Shown in pieces: positions 56,930-64,000 of a stretch of 64,000 bases of DNA. The stretch lies in contig OX597818.1 in the NCBI GenBank assembly GCA_951406725.2, positions 75,454,001 to 75,518,000 on the forward strand, written 5' to 3'. The notes beneath the pieces were generated by a model. It did not search any database, was not told the origin of the DNA, and saw only the letters and a program-made list of their open reading frames with translations. How positions within the stretch are numbered: position 1 is the first letter of the stretch; the number at the start of each line of letters is the position of its first letter. The DNA comes from Octopus vulgaris (Eukaryota). The position numbers and the translations under genes were made by a program.

Positions 56930-57125
56930 GGAGCTGTCAGAATCGTTAGCGCATCGAAACAAAAGGCTTAGCGGCATTTATTATGCCTCTTTAAGTTCTA
57001 AGTTCAAATCCTGACGAAGCCAACTTTGCTTTTTATCCCTTTGGAGTCAATAAAATAAAAATACCAGTCAAGTACTTGGCTCGATGTAATCGACTTGCCC
57101 ACCCCACTCAAAATTGGTGGCCTCG
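56930..57125 (+). mobile_element. SINE family B, diverged
   Basis: GAGCTGTCAGAATCGTTAGC..AGTTCAAATCC..CTTTGCTTTTTATCCCTTTGGAGTCAATAAAA. Confidence 0.75.
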
Positions 57126-57695
57126 AGCCCTCTGTTCATGAGGAATGTCCTACGGTCATTTACGTATCCCATGGAAACAGCCTAACTGGCTTTATAAGTT
57201 CTAGGGCTCAAAAAAACGTTTTAAAAAACATCGCTGGTTAATAATATTGATTAATATTTGCTGATTAATAATTACTGATTGATCATTGTTAGTCAGAAAT
57301 TGTCGCTTAATTGCTATTTAATAGTGTTTAGTACATAGTGTTCAATAACTATCGCTTAATAATACTTAGTATATAATTAATATTTAAGAAGTGCCGTTTA
57401 ATAATATTAAGTAGATATTTTATATTTGTTGCTTATTAATAGCTGTTGACTACAAATTGCTTTTGTTAGTAATTGTTGGTTAATAGTCTTTGTTTAATAG
57501 CTGTCCTTCTCTGATGATATCTAGTAACTTTGGTCATTGATGATGTCTTCAAACTTAACGCTTAATCAGGGAATATCGAACAGAAATGTTCTGTTTCTGT
57601 TTGACATTAAGGTTCAATTAACCTCTCACAGTTCAAATAATTAATCCACGCTTAATTGGATAGATCTGATTTATCAGAAGAACAGAAAAAAAAAG

Positions 57696-57696
<1 letters not shown>

Positions 57697-57750
<54 letters not shown>

Positions 57751-58188
57751 TAATAATAATAATGATGATGATAATAATAATAATAATGATGATGATAATA
57801 ATAATGATGATGATGATGATGACGATGATGATGATATCAATGATAATGATAATGGTAACAAAGATGATAACAATGATGATAATAATGATGAACATGACGA
57901 TGATAATAATAATGATGATGATTTCAAATTTTGGCTGAAGGCTAGCAAGTTCGGGGGTAAGCCGAATACATCGACTCCAGTATTCAACTGGTATTTATTT
58001 TATCGACCCCAAAATGATGAAAGCATTGTCGACCTCGGCGAAATTTGAACTCAGAAATTAAAGACGGACAAAATGCCGGTAAGCATTTTGCTAGCTCGCT
58101 GTCCTCAATGACGATGATGATCCTTTTTGATTCAAGCATCGGAACAGTAATTTCAGAAGGAAGGGGGTTAATCGATTAAATCGACCCC

Positions 58189-58256
<68 letters not shown>

Positions 58257-58257
58257 T

Positions 58258-58310
<53 letters not shown>

Positions 58311-58316
58311 AAAAAC

Positions 58317-58376
<60 letters not shown>
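57697..58376. repeat. (AAT)n/(GAT)n microsatellites enclosing a minus-strand family B SINE (~57922-58105)
   Basis: Direct inspection. Confidence 0.85.
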
Positions 58377-58621
58377 CAAAAAACGAATAAAAAAGCTGAA
58401 AACATAAAAGTTTATTTCTACTCAGTTTCTGCTAAATTAGTTCGTGGTCTATTGAATGTTAATTAATAAATAAAAGTGAAATTAGTGACGTGTGGCTTTT
58501 AATCAACTTGTAACTCTAACATTAAAATTAATGACATATATCTCTCAAATCACATTCACAATAATCAACAATTGTTGTTGTCGTTGTTGCTTTTGCTGTT
58601 GTTGTTCTTGTTGTTATTATT

Positions 58622-58667
<46 letters not shown>

Positions 58668-58959
58668 GTGGTGGCGGCAACGGCGGTGGCGACGACGACG
58701 ACGGCGACAGTCGTGTGATATTTCTTAAAAACATAAACAAGACTTTATGTTTTTAACTGTTCATCTTTGGATTTTTTTACTGTGTAATAGTAATGGATAC
58801 TTTATTTTAAATTTACATCTTCTATGAGTGTGTGTGTGTGTGTGTGCGTGTGACTGTGTGTGTGTCTGTGAGTGCATGTGTGTGTGTGCACGCGTGTGTG
58901 TGTATACATATGCACATGTATTTGTGCGTATCATAATTATCATCACCATCATCATCATC

Positions 58960-59300
58960 AACGTTTAACGTCCGCCTTCCATGCTGGCATGGGTTGGATG
59001 GTTTGACAGGAGCCGGCTAAGCAGAAGACTGCACCAAACTTCTGTATCTGTTATGACATGGCTTTTACGAATGAATGCTATTCCTAAAACCAGCCAACCC
59101 GCAGAATAGATGGTGTGCTTTTTATGTGACACCAGCACAAGTGAGGTCGGGTTTGGCATGGTTTTTACAGCTAGATGTCCTTCCAAATGTCAACCACTTT
59201 ACAGTGTGGACTGAATGCTTTTTACATGGCATCAGCACTGGCAAGGTCACCAAGTAACTTGCAAGACAAGGAATCTTTGAGAGGGAGGGGCATTAGAGGA
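58960..59300 (-). mobile_element. SINE/LINE fragment with RTE-like 3' tail ending in (GAT)n
   Basis: Minus-strand end CCCATGCCAGCATGGAAGGCGGACGTTAAACGTTGATGATGATG. Confidence 0.6.
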
Positions 59301-59316
59301 GATGTATCGTTATGTG

Positions 59317-59382
<66 letters not shown>

Positions 59383-59394
59383 CATATATATGTG

Positions 59395-59446
<52 letters not shown>

Positions 59447-59487
59447 TATGTGTATGTATATAAATATATATATATACACACACACAT

Positions 59488-59782
59488 ATCACGTGATCAC
59501 GTGACCGACCAGACCATCAGATGTTGTTACACATCGCTGGTCACAATGCGTTCGCATTGTTTTAGCCTTCGAATGACGCCACCCCGCTGGCTAAGCGAGC
59601 AGACCAATAGAAGAAAGAGTGGTGAAAGAGTACAGCGGGGATCACCACCCCCTGCCGGAGACCCGTGGAGCTTTTAGGTGTTTTCGCTCAATAAACACTC
59701 ACAACGCCCGGTCTGAGAATCGAAACCGCGATCCTACGACCGCGAGTCCGCTGCCCTAACCACTGGGCCATTGCGCCTCCAC
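59488..59782 (-). mobile_element. tRNA-derived SINE, family C, well conserved
   Basis: GTGGAGGCGCAATGGCCCAGTGGTTAGGGCAGCGGACTCGCGG..GGTTTCGATTCTCAGACCGGGCG (A and B boxes). Tail TCACGTGATCACGTGA. Confidence 0.9.
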
Positions 59783-59813
59783 ATATATATGTGGAGGTTT
59801 GCACACACACACA

Positions 59814-59885
<72 letters not shown>

Positions 59886-59920
59886 GATATATGTTTGTGT
59901 GTGTGTATATGCATATACAT

Positions 59921-60445
59921 ATCTCAACCTTTTATCTTTCAGCATACCTTTCGCAACTCCAAGTATCTTACTCCCCTCCCTCACTCTGTACCCCACCTCC
60001 TCAGCCAAACCCAACCCCATCCACCGATCCCAGATACTTAAAAACACTTACCTCCTCTAACATCTCACCAATTATACTCACATTCATCCTACTAGCCATC
60101 TCTCGAACATCTCATCACCTTACTCTTAGCTACATTCACTTTCAGTTTCCTCCTCTCACACACTCTTCCAAACTCTACTACCAGTCTCTTCAGTTGCTCT
60201 TCCGAATCCTCTACCAGAGCTGTGTCATCAGCAAACAACAACCGACTCACCAATCATTATCTCTATTTTCTCCCATCATTTGGGCTCCTCAACCAAAGGT
60301 TCTAGCATTTACCTCTCTCACAACACCATCCATATATAGATTAAACAGCCACGGAGACATCACACAACCCTGTCTTAACCCCACCTTCACATCAGACCAC
60401 TCACTTTCTTCACCACCCACCCTAACGCACGCCCTACTTTCTCTG
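59921..60445 (-). pseudogene. RTE-clade LINE reverse transcriptase fragment
   Basis: ACVRVGGEESEW..VKVGLRQGCVMSPWLFNLYMDGVVRE, LFADDTALV.DSEEQLKRLV.EFGRVCERRKLKVNVAKSKVM, FKYLGS. Confidence 0.9.
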
Positions 60446-60539
60446 AAAAGTTCTGAGTTCTTTCAACTATGCATAGCTTACATTCTTTTGATCCGTTAAC
60501 ACATGGATTTTCTAACCATTTTCTACTTTGTCGTATGTA

Positions 60540-60675
60540 GTGTGGCGTTCAACTTCAAACCCCATACGTGGCTGGCCAACTTAGTAGATTTCCCAGTAAA
60601 TCACAGGTACAGGAAAATATTTAACAGTCGCTCAGTGAAATTATCATATAGCTACCCCAATATGAGAAGAATGGG
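60540..60675 (+). pseudogene. Penelope-like linker fragment
   Basis: LVDFPVNHRYRKIFNSRSVKLSYSYPNM matches the PLE pattern FP..H...KIFNR..VKLSYS..PN. Confidence 0.7.
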
Positions 60676-61329
60676 TTCCAGCAATATCTGGGAAGTTAAC
60701 GTTGCGATGGATCAGCGTCCTATTCACGGGCAGGATGTAATCATAGTAACTTACACAAAATGGAAATCGATATAAGCTCAGGCCTTATGAGTCCTATGGC
60801 TCGTGACAGACCTATATCTCATATGTATTATAAGTTGTTAAGTCTCCTTATTGTAAAAGTATAGTCAGCCAACGAGAAAGTGTCGTGCTTTTGTATCCAA
60901 TATATACTGATGCAAGGACTGTGAAGGTCTTGAAATTGCCGGTTTTGTACCTAACATTGAGACAATTATCTTCACAACATATCAACAGCTTTGATTCTGA
61001 TGGTATGGAAAGGTATGGGATAGTAAGGAAAAGTTGGGATGGTATGGAGTGATATAGGTGGTTATGGGAAGTTTATGGTACATTTGCGGCATTTGTTCCG
61101 ACTATCTGCCCAGTAGGTTCAAATCCTACGAAGCTCAAGTTTGTCTTTTATTTTTTCGTGTATCGATAAAAAAAAAGTACCATTCAAGGATGGTGGACTG
61201 ACAGAACTATAAAATCTTCAGATCATATGGCTCTCGATATTTGTTTCGGTTCCTTGTGTTCTAAGTTCTAATTCGACAACAGCTTGCTTGGGTTACAAAC
61301 TAAAGGTACCTAAGAAGTCAGGAGATAGC

Positions 61330-61520
61330 ATCTTGGGTACATTTAGTGGCGTCCATTTTTGTAGGTATTGATGCTAAATCTCCAATTTGGGAATACCTTC
61401 TTCCTTCCTTCAAACCAGTCTCAGAAAACCTGTAAATAGTCATGGGCACTGCCCTCCCTCCAGACTAAAAGACAAAAGTAAATAACAATAGTCACGAACC
61501 ATATTGCCTACCACTGACTA
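61330..61520 (-). pseudogene. Possible PIF/Harbinger transposase relic
   Basis: Minus-strand LFTFVF..W.EGSAHD..VF followed by QIGDLA..KWTP resembles the (W)EGSAHD and LGD.AY..LTP motifs. Frameshifted. Confidence 0.35.
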
Positions 61521-61964
61521 TCTGTCATCGATACTCAATTTCGTTCTTGTTTTATTGATGCAGTGATCTGTTTATTTTTCCGTTCTGTTACCTTGGATAT
61601 TGCTGTTACTGTGAGCTTGCTTTAATATATCAATTACTAGGACAGATTGGACAAATAATCGACCTTCTGACTATGAATGTTCAACTAATCAATCAATGTG
61701 ACGGTGTCACATCTGGCTTTGAGTAGGAATACAGAAATTATTTGAATTTCAAAGATCCAGTCAAGGAATGTGTTATACTGCCTGTAAACTGAATTATATG
61801 AATTTTATTCAGAATAAATTATAAGTCAGTAGCACCGGTGTGTGAAATTATTATGAAAAACAACAAAATATTTAGATAGTGGCGACTACTATCTAAAAGA
61901 TACTCTGATAGATAGCTTCAAAAATAGAACATCTCCAATTCAGATTGTATTGTAAGTGCATAGC

Positions 61965-62506
61965 GTAGGCGTTAAGCACAGACGGGACAATGTGGTTAAA
62001 AATTTGTTCCCGGGTTCAGTCCAACTGCGTAGGACCTTGGACTGGGGTCTTCCGCTATAATGTCGGGCCTTTCAAAGCCCAGTGATTGGTAGATTAAATC
62101 TTCTTGTATTGTAATTTTTTGTATGAATTCTGGGGGTATTGACAGATTTTCACATTTATATCTAGTAAAAGGAGAATTCCTGCTGTATGATAGCATATGA
62201 TGGCCAATAAGCATGGGGAAGCTTTGTAAAGCACGCTATAAGGTTATTACCTAGATGATGTTAAATATATACATATAGATGTATATGTATGTACGTGTGT
62301 GTGTGTCTGTTTGTCCCTACCACACTGCTTGACAACCGGTGTTGGTTTGTTTACATCACCGTAGCTTAGCGATTCAGCAAAAGAGACCGATATAATAGGT
62401 ACCAGACTTTTAAAAAAGATAACTACTGGTGTCAATTTGTTCGACTAAACACTTCAAGGTGGTGCCCCAGCATGGCCGCAATTCAATGACTGAAACAAAT
62501 AGAAGA
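61965..62506 (+). mobile_element. Old family A SINE, split by ~170 bp of unrelated sequence
   Basis: Head 61965-62093 and 3' half 62264-62506 with CTTCAAGGTGGTGCCCCAGCATGGCCGCA..GACTGAAACAA. Confidence 0.75.
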
Positions 62507-62860
62507 AAGACCTATTTGCAAGTGAGTATGACATAGTAACATGTACTATGCTTTCACTAATAGTTTTTGGTGCCTGTGTAGTCACCAACAAACATGAATA
62601 GCCTCTCAGCTCTCCCACTTCTTTACCCTACCCACTTAGCTCTCCTCTACTATTTGACCAAGAAGCGCAGCTGAGGGGTGAGAAGGCTGCACATGACTTC
62701 GTTGGGACTTATTTTCAGTTGAATACAACACAAGAGCAATATAGAGCGCTCTCACCCACCAGTTTGTGAAGCGAACCCACGACCTTTTGGTTGTAAGCTC
62801 AATATTCTAACCATTAGGCCACGTGTCGCAGTTACAATGCGGCTAATATAACTTGAAGTT

Positions 62861-63074
62861 AAGGCGGCAAGCCAGCAGAATTGTCAGCACGCCGGGTAAA
62901 ATGCTTAGCGACATTTCGTCTGTCTTTACGTTCTGAATTCAAATTTCGTCGAGGTAGACTTTGCCTTTCATCCTTTCGAGGTCGATAAAATTATTGCCAG
63001 TTAAGCTCTGGGGTCGATATAACCGACTGATCACCTTCCCAGAAACTTCTAACCTTGTACCAAAATTTGAAACC
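62861..63074 (+). mobile_element. SINE family B
   Basis: 16-bp TSD AATATAACTTGAAGTT (62845-62860) and AATATAACTTGAAATT (63075-63090). Confidence 0.92.
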
Positions 63075-64000
63075 AATATAACTTGAAATTAACTCTCTGA
63101 TTTCGTTTGGTTAGACTCATACACTTGTCTATTACCATCATCAGGGAATTATATGATATAACTTACATCTACTTTTCAATACAACTGTCTATTAGACTCT
63201 CAATGTACTTGACTATTTGCACCATTTTCTATTTTAGCAAATGGGGGTGGTTAAAGAAACCTTTGAAACAGCATGATAAAAGAATAAACAAAAATGTTTA
63301 TCACTAAAATATCAGGCAATAAATAAATCTAATTGAAAGCTTCATTCGTATCTTGTGTATCGCCAACCATGTCTTTCTTTCATGCAGTATCGAAGCCATG
63401 TTAATGTTACACAAATAACACACGAAGACTGGACATCCCCAGACAGAAATAGAACTCAAAGACTTCTCCCACTTCCGATAATAAGGAATACTTACCAGAA
63501 TAGAATAAATCAACACAAAAGAGAAATTGCATTCATTAAATTTTCAATGAAAAGATCTATTTTCGAAACTAAGAATTTTTTTTTTTCCGTGGGCAAATTA
63601 AAGATTTCTTTTTGGTGTTCCATGTATTATTTGTTAAGAGATAACAAGGTACGTTTTCACTATTTGACCCCAATATATTAATGGACATGAATATGACGCA
63701 CAAAGGTAGATATTGAACGTTACAAACTCCTATTTACATTTTCTTATAGCCCCAGGTTTAATGACTAGGCAGTCGTTATTGATTAGAATAAGATATGCTC
63801 CAGGCAAATTAAGTCTATAAAATTGCTTTCATCCTTAGTTGAAGCCATTTCAATTTACTTATGCATGTATTGATATGCCTTCTCCCTTTAAAAGGCCTCT
63901 GATATGTTGAATTTGATATCATGTAGTTCTTGATGAAAGGAATGGTGCGGCCTGGTTCCGATTCTTGGATAACACTATTTCTTTTACTGCAGTTATGTCG

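Noticed and set aside
59700-59782. tRNA gene (likewise 43663 and 43895)
   Set aside because: A and B boxes are present, but there is no proper acceptor stem and the sequence continues into a SINE body.
59771-60499. 242-aa plus-strand ORF
   Set aside because: Antisense shadow of the RTE reverse transcriptase fragment plus a TA repeat.
61310-61427. Minus-strand host exon (TTTACAG...AG/GTACCT)
   Set aside because: Stops in all frames. Better explained as a possible Harbinger relic.

Overview
Eukaryotic, AT-rich, extremely microsatellite-dense non-coding DNA. The SINE families and repeat landscape strongly suggest an octopus (coleoid cephalopod) genome, recognised from memory and not by search. 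I could not identify a host protein-coding exon, rRNA, true tRNA or CRISPR array. Almost every ORF in the track is a translation of simple repeats. All recognisable coding remnants are transposon-derived. DNA transposons: two mariners (one full-length D,D34D copy), two copies of a mariner deletion-MITE, a Tigger/pogo derivative, a hAT MITE, a Chapaev3-like (CMC) relic and Helitron/Helentron non-autonomous pieces. Retroelements: R4/Dong, RTE, L1/Tx1 and several Penelope-like (PLE) fragments, plus more than 25 tRNA-derived SINE copies. The most interesting signal is a dispersed set of minimal hammerhead-ribozyme-like motifs (two near-intact, several degenerate). They lie in short PLE-pseudo-LTR/retrozyme-like modules that sit in (TA)n tracts and often form fold-backs. 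The window also contains a near-perfect 298-bp palindrome, a ~2.1-kb PLE with an inverted pseudo-LTR, and clean cases of nested or repeated same-site insertion. Coordinates of decayed elements are approximate.
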